Source: Gemmatimonadales bacterium
GTDB lineage: Bacteria; Gemmatimonadota; Gemmatimonadetes; Gemmatimonadales; GWC2-71-9
DNA length: 35,131 bases
Assembly: GCA_050733055.1 (NCBI GenBank)
Contig: JBOHSI010000054.1
Coordinates: 1 to 35,131, forward strand
Direction: 5' to 3'
Shown here: positions 16,464 through 26,282 of the stretch, in pieces
Layout: each line of letters starts with the position of its first letter
Numbering within the stretch: the stretch's first letter is position 1
The notes under the pieces: generated by a model
What the model was told of the DNA's origin: nothing
The model's database searches: none
The model's input: the letters and a program-made list of their open reading frames with translations, nothing else
Made by a program: the position numbers and the translations under genes

Positions 16464-17650
16464 TCTGACCCCTTGGATTTGGCGACGAGCGCCTCTGCGT
16501 CGCGCTCCACGACGCGCGCGATCTCCAGCGGCGGCCGACCCAGGGCCCGCGCCGCCGCGAGGACGTCGTCGTACTCAGGTTTCAACCGGACGCTGCCCGC
16601 ATCGGGATGCTCCAACACCTTGACTCGAACGGATACCTCCGGAGACAGCTGGACGGTCACGAGGCGGCGCGGCAGCGTCGCCCGCTCGGCCACCCAGCGG
16701 CGGACACCCGCCGTGGTGCTGTGGCGGAACAGCGCCGCGGTCACCTGCTCCGCCAGTTCCTCGGGCGCCAGCACTTCGACGCGGAAGCCCGAGCGCCCCT
16801 TCTTCATTTGCACCGGCCAGGTCTGCACGTCCAGCGCGCCTGCCGCGGTCAGCGCCTGCCGCAGCGGCTCCACGTACTCCGGACTCATGTCGTCGACGTC
16901 GGTCGCGATCAGGGCCACGCGCCCCGCTTCCGCGACCCGCTCGGCGACGAGGATACGCAGCGCGTTCGGGTAGCGCTTCGGGTCGCGCTGCCCTGCACCC
17001 CAGCCGCTGCGGACCATGCGCCAGCGGACCGGCGGCGGGCCGTCCGAGAGCACCCGCACCAGCGCAGCGCCGGTGGGCGTGGTCGCCTCGCTTTCCACGG
17101 GGCCGCCGGACGCTATTTCCAGCCCCTCGAGGAGGATCGCCGTCGCGGGCGCCGGCACGGGCAGCTTGCCGTGCTCGGCCTCAACCCACCCCTGCCCCAC
17201 CGCCACTGGCCAGTTGTAGACGGCCTCGAGGCCGAGCTGCTCGAACCCTTCGATCGCCCCCACGACATCGAGCACCGCGTCCACCGCCCCCACCTCGTGG
17301 AGGTGAACGCTTTCGGGCGGCACGTTGTGCACCCGGCCCTCGGCTTCGCCGATCAACCGGAAGGCGCGCGCGGCGCGCTCCTTCACCCAATCGGAGACCG
17401 GCGCACGCTCCACGAGCTCGACCAGCTCGCCCACATGGCGACCGTGTGGCTGCGGTGGGATGGTGAACTCGACCTGCGTGCAGCCGACGCCGCAGCGGGA
17501 GACTCCGCGCGTCCTCACCGCAACGCCGTCCAGGCCCAGGCGCCTGGGCAGGCCCTCAAGCCACGATGCTGGCGCGCCGAGAGACAGCAGCGCCCCCAGG
17601 GTCATGTCCCCCGAGATACCGGCGGCGGGATCGAGAATCGCGATGCGCAT
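16460..17650 (-). CDS. larC: LarC-family nickel insertion protein (DUF111)
   Basis: 396 aa. It has the N-terminal MRIAILDPAAGISGDM motif and HLHEVGAVDAVLDVVG, which fit the LarC/DUF111 family. The stop forms an ATGA overlap with the start of the downstream TPR gene. Confidence 0.85.
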   Translation of the reverse strand: MRIAILDPAAGISGDMTLGALLSLGAPASWLEGLPRRLGLDGVAVRTRGVSRCGVGCTQVEFTIPPQPHGRHVGELVELVERAPVSDWVKERAARAFRLIGEAEGRVHNVPPESVHLHEVGAVDAVLDVVGAIEGFEQLGLEAVYNWPVAVGQGWVEAEHGKLPVPAPATAILLEGLEIASGGPVESEATTPTGAALVRVLSDGPPPVRWRMVRSGWGAGQRDPKRYPNALRILVAERVAEAGRVALIATDVDDMSPEYVEPLRQALTAAGALDVQTWPVQMKKGRSGFRVEVLAPEELAEQVTAALFRHSTTAGVRRWVAERATLPRRLVTVQLSPEVSVRVKVLEHPDAGSVRLKPEYDDVLAAARALGRPPLEIARVVERDAEALVAKSKGSE

Positions 17651-17678
17651 GGCCTAGAAGTCACCGAATATAAACGGC

Positions 17679-18827
17679 TTAGCCCCGGTAGAGCCACCCG
17701 GCGCCGGTGTTGAAGAAAACCACGCGTTCCTCGGGCCGGATCGCCCCGCGCGCCTTGAGCTCCATGACCGCCGCCAGCGCCGCTCCGCCCTCCGGGCATG
17801 CGTCGATGCCCGCGAGCGTTTGGAGGTCCCTAGCGGCTGCCCGGAGCTGGGCGTCGGTGACGGCGACCGCGCCCCCGTGGCTCTCCCGCAGGGCCCGCAG
17901 CATCAGGCGGTCCCCGAGCGGCGCCGGCACCCGCAGCCCCGAGGCGATCGTCTCCGGCTCGGGCCACGGCGTGCACGCGTCGGCACCCGCCACGAAGGCC
18001 TGCACAACGGGGGCGCAGCCGGTGGACTGCACGCTATACAGGCGCGGCAAGGGCCCGCGCACCCACCCCGCGTCCGCGAGCTCACCGAACGCCTTCCACA
18101 TCCCGATCAGACCGGTGCCTCCGCCGGTGGGATACACGATCACATCAGGCAGGGTCCAGCCGAGCTGCTCAGCGAGCTCCAATCCCAGCGTCTTCTTGCC
18201 TTCAATGCGGTACGGCTCGCGCAGAGTGGACATGTCGACGGCGTTGGTCTCCGCGGCGTACGCCCGCGCCGCCCTCCCGCAGTCGCCGATGTGGCCCTCC
18301 ACGAGCTGGAGTTCGGCGCCGAAGCCCTGGATCTGCGCCAGGATAGTGGGCGGCGTGCTCACGGGCGCGTAGACACGGGCCACGACGCCCGCGCTCGCGG
18401 CGTACGCCGCGAGCGCAGTGCCGGCGTTCCCGGCAGTGGGCACGACGAAGCGGCGCGCGCCCGCGCGCACCGCCCGCGTCACCGCAGCTGAGAGCCCGCG
18501 CGCCTTGAAGGAGCCAGTCGGGTTCGCGCCCTCTTCCTTGACCCGGAGGTCGTGGAACCCGCACTGTGTCGCGATCCGTTCGACCGCGAGGAGCGGCGTG
18601 CCGCCCTCGCCCAGCGTCACGGGCGACTCGCCATCGGCGAGGGGCAACCACTCGCGATAGCGCCACATGGTCCAGCGTCGCTCGCGCAACAGCGACTTCG
18701 CTTCCGGCCGGGGGGCGGAGCCGTAACGCACGAGATAGGGCTGTCCGCATGCGCACAGCGCCGGCAATCCAGCCGCGCTGCGGGTCTTGCCGCACCCGGA
18801 GCACTCGAGGGACCAAGCGACGGTCAC
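17679..18827 (-). CDS. thrC: Threonine synthase (form with an N-terminal Cys-rich zinc-ribbon-like segment)
   Basis: Track ORF 17679..19628 is trimmed to GTG 18827 (VTVAWSLECSGCGK...), which forms a GTGA overlap with the uvrC stop. The PLP-lysine motif NPTGSFKARG and the GNAG loop are present. Confidence 0.88.
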   Translation of the reverse strand: MTVAWSLECSGCGKTRSAAGLPALCACGQPYLVRYGSAPRPEAKSLLRERRWTMWRYREWLPLADGESPVTLGEGGTPLLAVERIATQCGFHDLRVKEEGANPTGSFKARGLSAAVTRAVRAGARRFVVPTAGNAGTALAAYAASAGVVARVYAPVSTPPTILAQIQGFGAELQLVEGHIGDCGRAARAYAAETNAVDMSTLREPYRIEGKKTLGLELAEQLGWTLPDVIVYPTGGGTGLIGMWKAFGELADAGWVRGPLPRLYSVQSTGCAPVVQAFVAGADACTPWPEPETIASGLRVPAPLGDRLMLRALRESHGGAVAVTDAQLRAAARDLQTLAGIDACPEGGAALAAVMELKARGAIRPEERVVFFNTGAGWLYRG

Positions 18828-20638
18828 GCGCCCTGCTTCAACCGGTCGAGAATCCGCTCGGCGAGTCTCGTCGAGAATCCTGGAATGGCGGCGATCTCGG
18901 CCGGCGTCGCCGTCTTCACCCCTGCGAGCGACCCGAACCGCTCGAGCAACGCCCGCCGGCGGCCCGGCCCGATCCCTGGAACGGCGAGGAGTTCCGAGGT
19001 GATCGTGCGCTGGGCGCGGCGCTTGCGACTGTAACTCACGGCGAACCGGTGCGCCTCGTCGCGGGCTCGCTGCAGCAGCTTGAGCGACGGGCTCCGACGC
19101 GACAGGCGCAGCGGGTCGGGGCGGGCCGGCAGAAAGATGTCCTCCTCCTTCTTCGCAAGGCCGACGATGGGCAGCGTGTCCTGCCCCAGGGTACGGGCGG
19201 CGTGGAGCGCGGCACCGAGCTGTCCTTTGCCGCCGTCGATCACCATCAAGTCGGGGAGCTGCTTGTCCTCCGTGATCCGGCGCGAGAGGTAGCGCGTCAC
19301 CACTTCGTGCACCGCCGCGAAGTCGTCCTGCTGCGCCGGGGAGCTCTTGATCCTGAACCGACGGTATTCGGCTTTTTTGGGGCGCCCGGCCTCGAACCAC
19401 ACCAGCGAGCCGACGGTATCCCGGCCCTGGTTCGTGGAGATGTCGATGCACACGAACGAGCGCGGCACTGCGGCGAGGCCCAGGTCCCGCCCCAGCGCGA
19501 ACACCGGGTCGGCTGCGCGCTCGTCGATATCGAAGCTCTCGATCTTGAGGCTGTCGAGCAGGTGGCGAGCATTCTGGTCGGCGAGCTCGGCGAGCTTGGC
19601 GAACGTGCCGCGCTGCGGGACGTGCCACTCGACGCCAGGTCCGAGCTGCGCGAGTGACTCCAGATCCTCCGGCGCGAACGGCAGGAGCACCCGAGGGGCG
19701 CGCGCGTCGAGCGGCAGGTAGCAGCGCACCAGGAACGCCGCGAGCACCGCCCCCTCGCTCTCGTGCTCCACGTTCTCGAGAAAGCGGTGATCCCGGGCGA
19801 TCAGCTTACCGTCGCGCACCCGCAGCACCACGCCGCAGGCGTCGTCCCCGTCGCGGGCGAAGCCGACGGCATCCGCATCCCCGCCCCCCACGCGCTCCAT
19901 CGTCTGCGGTCGCTCGATCTGGTCCAGCCAGGTGAGAGCGTCCCGGAGCTGCGCGGCGCGCTCGAAGTCGAGGCGCTGCGCCGCGTCCTGCATCCGCTCC
20001 CGCAGCCGGGTCCGCACGTCCACCGTCTTGCCCTCGAGAAAGAGCAGGACGTCGTCGATCATGCGACGGTAGTCGTCCTGGCTCTGGGAGCCGACGCACG
20101 GCGCCTTGCAGCGCTCGATGTGGTAGTCGAGGCAGGGCCGGTCCGGAGCCTCCACCGGCAGGTTCCAGTGGCACGACCGGACCGTGAAGATACGGCGGAC
20201 GATGTTGAGCGTCTGCCGCAGCGTGGCAACGTCGGTATAGGGCCCGAAGTAGCGCGCTCCGGGGATGTTCACTCGCCGCACGACGAGAATCCGCGGGAAC
20301 GGCTCCGCCAGCGTCACGGCGAGGCGCGGATAGCTCTTGTCGTCCGTGAGCCGGATGTTGAAGCGGGGCTTGTGCTCCTTGATCAAATTGTTCTCGAGCA
20401 GCAGCGCCTGCGCCTCGTTGGGCACGATGATCGTCTCGAGGTCGGCGAGCTGTCGCACCAGGGCGGCGCGCTCCGGCGTGGACTCGGCCTCGGGCCCGAA
20501 GTAGCTCGGCACCCGCGAGCGCAGGCTCTTCGCCTTCCCTACGTACAGGATCTCGCCCGCGGCGCTCTTCCAGAGGTACACGCCGGGCTTGTCGGGGAGG
20601 GCGTGCAGCTTCCGGTCGATCAGTTCACGAACTTCCAC
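18824..20638 (-). CDS. uvrC: Excinuclease ABC subunit C
   Basis: Track ORF 18824..20818 is trimmed to GTG 20638 (VEVRELIDRKLHALPDKPGVYLW...). It has the GIY-YIG motif (GVYLWKSAAGEILYVGKAKSLRSRV) and a C-terminal helix-hairpin-helix (LLAVPGIGPGRRRALLERFGSL). It overlaps the murJ stop by 19 nt. Confidence 0.92.
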   Translation of the reverse strand: MEVRELIDRKLHALPDKPGVYLWKSAAGEILYVGKAKSLRSRVPSYFGPEAESTPERAALVRQLADLETIIVPNEAQALLLENNLIKEHKPRFNIRLTDDKSYPRLAVTLAEPFPRILVVRRVNIPGARYFGPYTDVATLRQTLNIVRRIFTVRSCHWNLPVEAPDRPCLDYHIERCKAPCVGSQSQDDYRRMIDDVLLFLEGKTVDVRTRLRERMQDAAQRLDFERAAQLRDALTWLDQIERPQTMERVGGGDADAVGFARDGDDACGVVLRVRDGKLIARDHRFLENVEHESEGAVLAAFLVRCYLPLDARAPRVLLPFAPEDLESLAQLGPGVEWHVPQRGTFAKLAELADQNARHLLDSLKIESFDIDERAADPVFALGRDLGLAAVPRSFVCIDISTNQGRDTVGSLVWFEAGRPKKAEYRRFRIKSSPAQQDDFAAVHEVVTRYLSRRITEDKQLPDLMVIDGGKGQLGAALHAARTLGQDTLPIVGLAKKEEDIFLPARPDPLRLSRRSPSLKLLQRARDEAHRFAVSYSRKRRAQRTITSELLAVPGIGPGRRRALLERFGSLAGVKTATPAEIAAIPGFSTRLAERILDRLKQGA

Positions 20639-22227
20639 AGGCGCGTCGCGTCGGGGTGCTTCAAGGCCAGCGTGATGCCGCCGTAAACGACACCAAAGAT
20701 ACCCAGGCTGACCAGGGCCCTGGGAATGGGTCCCCACGTGTCGGCGAGCGCGGCGATCCCCGTGCCCGCGCCTGCGGCCGCGAGCGCCGCGCCGAGTGTC
20801 GCCCCGGTCGCGCGCCACTCGGATCGCCCCAACACCGCGCCGATGCGGCGGTCGAGGGCGCGCAAGTGCAGGGCCACGTTCACCCAGGCACCGAGCGACG
20901 AGCCGAGCGCCACCCCCGCGGGACCGAGGCGCTGCATCAGCAGCACGGCAAGTCCGGTCGAGACCAGGAGCGAGGAGGCGGCGATCTTCACGGGTGTCCT
21001 GGTGTCGCGCAGCGCGTAGAACCCCGACGCGAACAGCTTCACCGTCGCCTGCCCCAGGAGACCCACGCCGTACGCCGCCAGGACGCCTCCCACGAGCTCC
21101 GAATCGGAGGCGTCGAACCGGCCGGTCTGAAACAGCGCTGCGATGAGCACAGGCCCCAGCGCCACGAACGCCAGCGACGACGGCACGACGAAATAGGCGA
21201 TCCGCCGAAACCCCGCCGCGATCCGCGCCCGCAGCAGGTCGTTCGGTGCGGGCTCCCCCGATCCCCCCGGCCCAGCCGGCGCTGCGTCTCGGGACAGCTC
21301 AGGAAGCGATACGGCCGCCACCGAGACTCCGAACAGGCTCACAGGCAGCACCTGCACCAGTTGCGCGTACCCGAGGCTCGAGAGCCCGCCCGGTCCCGTA
21401 AACGAGCCCAGGAACGTGTCCACCAGCCCCGAGATCTGCGCCACTCCAGCGCCCAGTACCAGGGGGGTCCAGGCGACGAGGACGTCGCGCACACCCTCGG
21501 GCCGGGCGCTGAACCGCAGCGCGATGCCTTGTAGCAGCTTCCAACAGGCGGGGAGCTGCACCACGATCTGAAGCACGCTGCCCGCGACCGTCCCCCACGC
21601 GAGCGCGAGCGACAGGCGGTACAACTGTGCGTCGTGCGGTAGGTCGCGGCTCACGAACCAGGTCGCCGCGCCGACCAGCGCCACGATGCCGGCGATGTTC
21701 CACAGCGCTGGCGCGGCGTACGGCAGGAAAAAGCGGCGGTGGGTGGTGAGGATGCCGAGGCACCACGCCGAAACGACCATGAGCCCCGTCATGGGGAAGA
21801 GAATCCGAACGAGGGTGATGGTGAGCTGGCGGCGCGGCTCGTCGAACCCCTTGGCGATGAGCGTCGTGATGGCGGGGGCGAAAGCGATCCCCAGCAGCGC
21901 CAGCACGCCCGAGGCGAGCACCAGCAGGCCCAGGACCGCTCCCGCGAGCACCCGGGCGGCGGACGTGTCGGCTCGCTGGTTGAACGCCGCGTAGACGGGG
22001 ATGAACGATGCGGAGAGAGTGCCCTCGCCCAGCAGGCTGCGGATCGCATTGGGGATACGGAGCGCAGCCCGAAAGGCGTCGGCCGCGACGCTGGTGTTGC
22101 CGAAGTAGTAGGCGAAGACGCGCTCGCGCACGTAGCCGAGCACGCGCGTCACGAGGATTCCGGCGGCGACCGTGGCCGCCTGACGTCCCCCCCCTCCTCC
22201 CCCTCCCCCGCCGGATGCCTCCGGCAC
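20620..22227 (-). CDS. murJ: Lipid II flippase MurJ (MviN)
   Basis: 535 aa with a GTG start. The MurJ N-terminal signature is TRVLGYVRERVFAYYFG, and the protein has about 14 TM helices. The N-terminal tail carries a run of 9 Gly. Confidence 0.9.
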   Translation of the reverse strand: MPEASGGGGGGGGGRQAATVAAGILVTRVLGYVRERVFAYYFGNTSVAADAFRAALRIPNAIRSLLGEGTLSASFIPVYAAFNQRADTSAARVLAGAVLGLLVLASGVLALLGIAFAPAITTLIAKGFDEPRRQLTITLVRILFPMTGLMVVSAWCLGILTTHRRFFLPYAAPALWNIAGIVALVGAATWFVSRDLPHDAQLYRLSLALAWGTVAGSVLQIVVQLPACWKLLQGIALRFSARPEGVRDVLVAWTPLVLGAGVAQISGLVDTFLGSFTGPGGLSSLGYAQLVQVLPVSLFGVSVAAVSLPELSRDAAPAGPGGSGEPAPNDLLRARIAAGFRRIAYFVVPSSLAFVALGPVLIAALFQTGRFDASDSELVGGVLAAYGVGLLGQATVKLFASGFYALRDTRTPVKIAASSLLVSTGLAVLLMQRLGPAGVALGSSLGAWVNVALHLRALDRRIGAVLGRSEWRATGATLGAALAAAGAGTGIAALADTWGPIPRALVSLGIFGVVYGGITLALKHPDATRLWKFVN

Positions 22228-22229
22228 CG

Positions 22230-22505
22230 TCAGGAGCGTTTCTTTCTGTTCGGGTCTTCCAGCAGGCGCTGGACGAACTGGATCTCTTCCCGCATTCCCG
22301 TGACCGACCGCGTCAGATCCTGGACATCGCTTTCCAGCACTTCGAGGCGGCGCTCCAGCTCGCGGACCTCGCTCCCCCGGCCCGCCCCTTCGTCACCCCG
22401 CCCCTCCAGCCGGCGCGCCAGCGAGCGGCCGAGCGGCGAGTCGAGCAGGATGGCGGTGATCGGAATCATCAGCGCGATGACGAGGACGACGACGAACAGC
22501 CACAT
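22230..22505 (-). CDS. Small single-pass membrane protein with C-terminal coiled coil (PspB-like architecture; function unknown)
   Basis: Track ORF 22230..22589 is trimmed to ATG 22505 (MWLFVVVLVIALMIPITAILL...). One TM helix is followed by the heptad-like RELERRLEVLESDVQDLTRSV. GC3 is high, like neighbouring genes. The stop lies 2 nt from the murJ start. Confidence 0.55.
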   Translation of the reverse strand: MWLFVVVLVIALMIPITAILLDSPLGRSLARRLEGRGDEGAGRGSEVRELERRLEVLESDVQDLTRSVTGMREEIQFVQRLLEDPNRKKRS

Positions 22506-22515
22506 GGCAAGGATT

Positions 22516-24582
22516 CTACGAGGCGTCCGCCCAGCGCGCCACCTCTTGCGCGAGCGCATCCACGAGCCCGAGTCCGTAGCGAATCGCAAACGACGCCAGC
22601 GTGAGCACGCGCTCCTGCGGCTGTCCGCGCGGATACACGGCGGCGCGGGCGCGCGCGATTTGGCGCACGAGTGTCTCGCCTTCGAGGCGCTTCAGGCTCG
22701 CGACGAGCTTTTTCTCGATCGCCTGCGACCCCGAGAGCGCCGCGTTGCGCGCCGACTCCACCGTACGCTCGAGGGTCGGGTCGATCCGCGTGACCGACTG
22801 CCGCAGGCGACCGTAGTGCGCCTCGATGTCGCTGCGCAACGCCGCCAGCGTCGCGACCGTCTCGGCCGGAAGGTCGTGCCGGACCAGCCGGGCCTCGAGC
22901 TCGCCGGGCTTGCCGTCGAAGGCCGTCAGATCGAGCCCGTGGCGCTCCATCAACCGCTCGACGCGACCCTCGACGATGACCCCCGACCAGCGCGGCAGCG
23001 CTGCCTGGCGCGGAACACCGCCCACCGCGTCGTACAGCGGCGCGGCGTCGGGCAGGTAGCCGAGCTCGGCCGGCCCGGCGGCGTACGCGATGGTGGGGAG
23101 CAGCGCCGCTTCGATCACGGGGCGGAGCAACACGTTGGGCGAGAGCCGCTCCGGCGCTTCCTGCGCGATGCGCTCGAGGTCCGCCTGCGTGAACCGCTCG
23201 CCACTCCGCCGCGTGAGGAAGGCGCTCCCGTTCGCTCGCAGCCGGTCGCGACCCTGGCTCGCCTCGACCAGGACCGGTGTGTACCCATCGGCCAGCGTGA
23301 CGGCGAGCGCCCTCAGCACCCAGGGTGCCGCGGCCCGCTTCAGGCCGCGGTCATGGGCGCGGAGCACGGCAAGCCCGCGCGGCCCCAGCAGGGCGTTCAG
23401 GGCTTCGGCGAAGGCGTCGGCGAGGCTCGCCTCCGGTCGATAACAGGGCTCGAGCCAGTCCAGCACCGCGCCCTTGAACTCGCTGTCCGGCGTGCCGGCC
23501 CGCAGCCGGGCCAGTGCGCCGCGGATCTCCTCCCCGCACGCTTCACGCGCAACGGCGACAAGCGGGGCGTCGGCCGGGCGCTCGCGCAGCACGATCTGGG
23601 CGAGCTCGCCCCCAGAATCCAGGAACCACGCGTGGTTCGCTTCGGCGAAATCGTGGTCGTCCCCGGCGACCCAGAACACCGGAACGACCGGCACGCCGCG
23701 CTCTCGCTCGATCCGCCGAGCGAGGGCGACCGCGGACAGCGCCTTGTAGATGGTGTAGATCGGGCCGGTGAAGAGCCCGGGCTGCTGGCCGGTCGTCACG
23801 GCGAGGACTTCGCTGGTGGCGAGCCGGTCTCGCCCCGGACCGGGGAGCACGGATGCCACCACCTCCGGCCCCACGCGACGCGGCTTCGCAGGCTGCGTCG
23901 GCAGCTCGAGCGGCGCGATGGGAGTCTGCACGATGCGCGGCATCACGCCTCTATTGTCCCCCTTTCGCCTTCCCCGGTCGCCGAACACGTCCGCCTGAAA
24001 TGCCAGCACCTCCGTGTCGGGTTCCCGCCACGCTTCGGGGCGGAGTCCCGCCTTGCGGCACGTTGCGGCGAGGAACGCGTCGGGCCCCCAATGATACTCG
24101 GTCGCGACCTGGGGGAGCAGGAGCCCGACGCGGTCGCCCCGACGCACGATCAGTCCGTCACGGCCCACGACGATACGGCGCGGATCCACCGGCGGCGGCT
24201 CGAGCGCCGCCGGCCGCGAGAGCACTGAGATCTCGAGCGCGAGGCCCGTCAGCTCGACGGAGGTCACGGGGGCGAACCGCGGGTCGTCCCGAGCGGCGGC
24301 GACCGTCATTTCGCGGACCACGTCACCGAGGCGACGGTCGTCCGCGACATGACCGATGCAGCCGCGTAACGCCCCGTGTTCGACGATGGTGACGAACGCC
24401 CCCCGCTTGACCAGCGCCCCGGGCACGTCGGGAAGGGGTGGCAACGGGTGCCCCGCGAGATGTGCCTCGAGCGTGTCGCGCGCGAGTCGTAGCAGGGCGG
24501 CCCGGTCCGTCGCTGTGAGCTCAGGATCCTCGATGATACGGCTCCCCCCGACGGATCGTGTACGCGCGGTACAACTGCTCAT
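22516..24582 (-). CDS. bshC: AMMECR1-domain / BshC (putative bacillithiol cysteine-adding enzyme) fusion ORF
   Basis: This is a single 688-codon ORF with no in-frame stop. Residues ~20-202 are AMMECR1-like (GAFVTIVEHGALRGCIGH, RDDPRFAPV, GLLLPQVA). Residues 214-688 carry the BshC hallmark TTGQQPGLFTGPIYTIYKALSAVALA...PVFWVAGDDHDFAE. An internal ATG at 23943 is preceded by AGAGG, so separate BshC initiation is also possible. Confidence 0.75.
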   Translation of the reverse strand: MSSCTARTRSVGGSRIIEDPELTATDRAALLRLARDTLEAHLAGHPLPPLPDVPGALVKRGAFVTIVEHGALRGCIGHVADDRRLGDVVREMTVAAARDDPRFAPVTSVELTGLALEISVLSRPAALEPPPVDPRRIVVGRDGLIVRRGDRVGLLLPQVATEYHWGPDAFLAATCRKAGLRPEAWREPDTEVLAFQADVFGDRGRRKGDNRGVMPRIVQTPIAPLELPTQPAKPRRVGPEVVASVLPGPGRDRLATSEVLAVTTGQQPGLFTGPIYTIYKALSAVALARRIERERGVPVVPVFWVAGDDHDFAEANHAWFLDSGGELAQIVLRERPADAPLVAVAREACGEEIRGALARLRAGTPDSEFKGAVLDWLEPCYRPEASLADAFAEALNALLGPRGLAVLRAHDRGLKRAAAPWVLRALAVTLADGYTPVLVEASQGRDRLRANGSAFLTRRSGERFTQADLERIAQEAPERLSPNVLLRPVIEAALLPTIAYAAGPAELGYLPDAAPLYDAVGGVPRQAALPRWSGVIVEGRVERLMERHGLDLTAFDGKPGELEARLVRHDLPAETVATLAALRSDIEAHYGRLRQSVTRIDPTLERTVESARNAALSGSQAIEKKLVASLKRLEGETLVRQIARARAAVYPRGQPQERVLTLASFAIRYGLGLVDALAQEVARWADAS

Positions 24583-24945
24583 ACAGAATCACGCGCGCCA
24601 CCTCATGCGGAAATGTCAGCCGGGACAGGCTCCAGATCCGCTCGGCTGCTTGCAGGACCGGCTCGCGCAGCCCGTCGGCGCCCCCGATCGCGAAGGCGAC
24701 GTCGCGGCCGTCCATCTCCCACCGCGCCGTCCACGCCGCCAGCTCCTCGGACGTCCACTGCTCGCCGTCTCCCGACAACGCGACGAGGCGCGAGACCTCG
24801 GACATCACCTCCAGGACTCGCGCCTCGTCGTTCACTTCCCGTTCCTCAACCCGCGTATAGCGCCGCAACCGCGCCAGGTACCCGTCACAGGCCGCCCGGA
24901 GCGCCGCGTCCTTCATGCGGCCCACCGCGACGACCCGGTAGCGCA

Positions 24946-24946
<1 letters not shown>
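24521..24946 (-). CDS. rlmH: 23S rRNA (pseudouridine1915-N3)-methyltransferase RlmH
   Basis: Track ORF 24521..25417 is trimmed to ATG 24946 (MRYRVVAVGRMKD...). It has SPOUT-type C-terminal motifs (FAIGGADGL, LSLSRLTFPHEVARVIL). The start overlaps the gdh stop (TGATG). Confidence 0.88.
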
Positions 24947-26259
<1,313 letters not shown>

Positions 26260-26282
26260 AACGCTCGAGTGTCGAATCCGTC

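Noticed and set aside
17679-19628. N-terminal over-extensions in the ORF track. Examples are the thrC ORF running 267 codons into uvrC, 26283..27965 (lpxK), 27302..28843 (DUF374), 11147..12313 (plsY), 24521..25417 (rlmH), 24946..26397 (gdh), 18824..20818 (uvrC), 7566..8387 (pcm) and 8216..9034 (surE).
   Set aside because: The extensions are low-complexity, overlap the upstream gene extensively and lack homology-like sequence. In-frame ATG/GTG codons at ATGA/GTGA junctions give proteins of the expected family length with canonical N-termini.
21739-24228. 829-aa plus-strand ORF. Similar long ORFs antisense to annotated genes include 24613..26442, 891..2177, 7356..8261, 10162..11175, 14793..15881, 16607..17713, 28036..29283, 30751..32181 and 32021..33529.
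   Set aside because: These are shadow ORFs, typical of very GC-rich DNA where stop codons are rare in all frames. Their translations are Arg/Pro/Gly/Ala-rich and domain-free, and each lies opposite a gene with clear family motifs.
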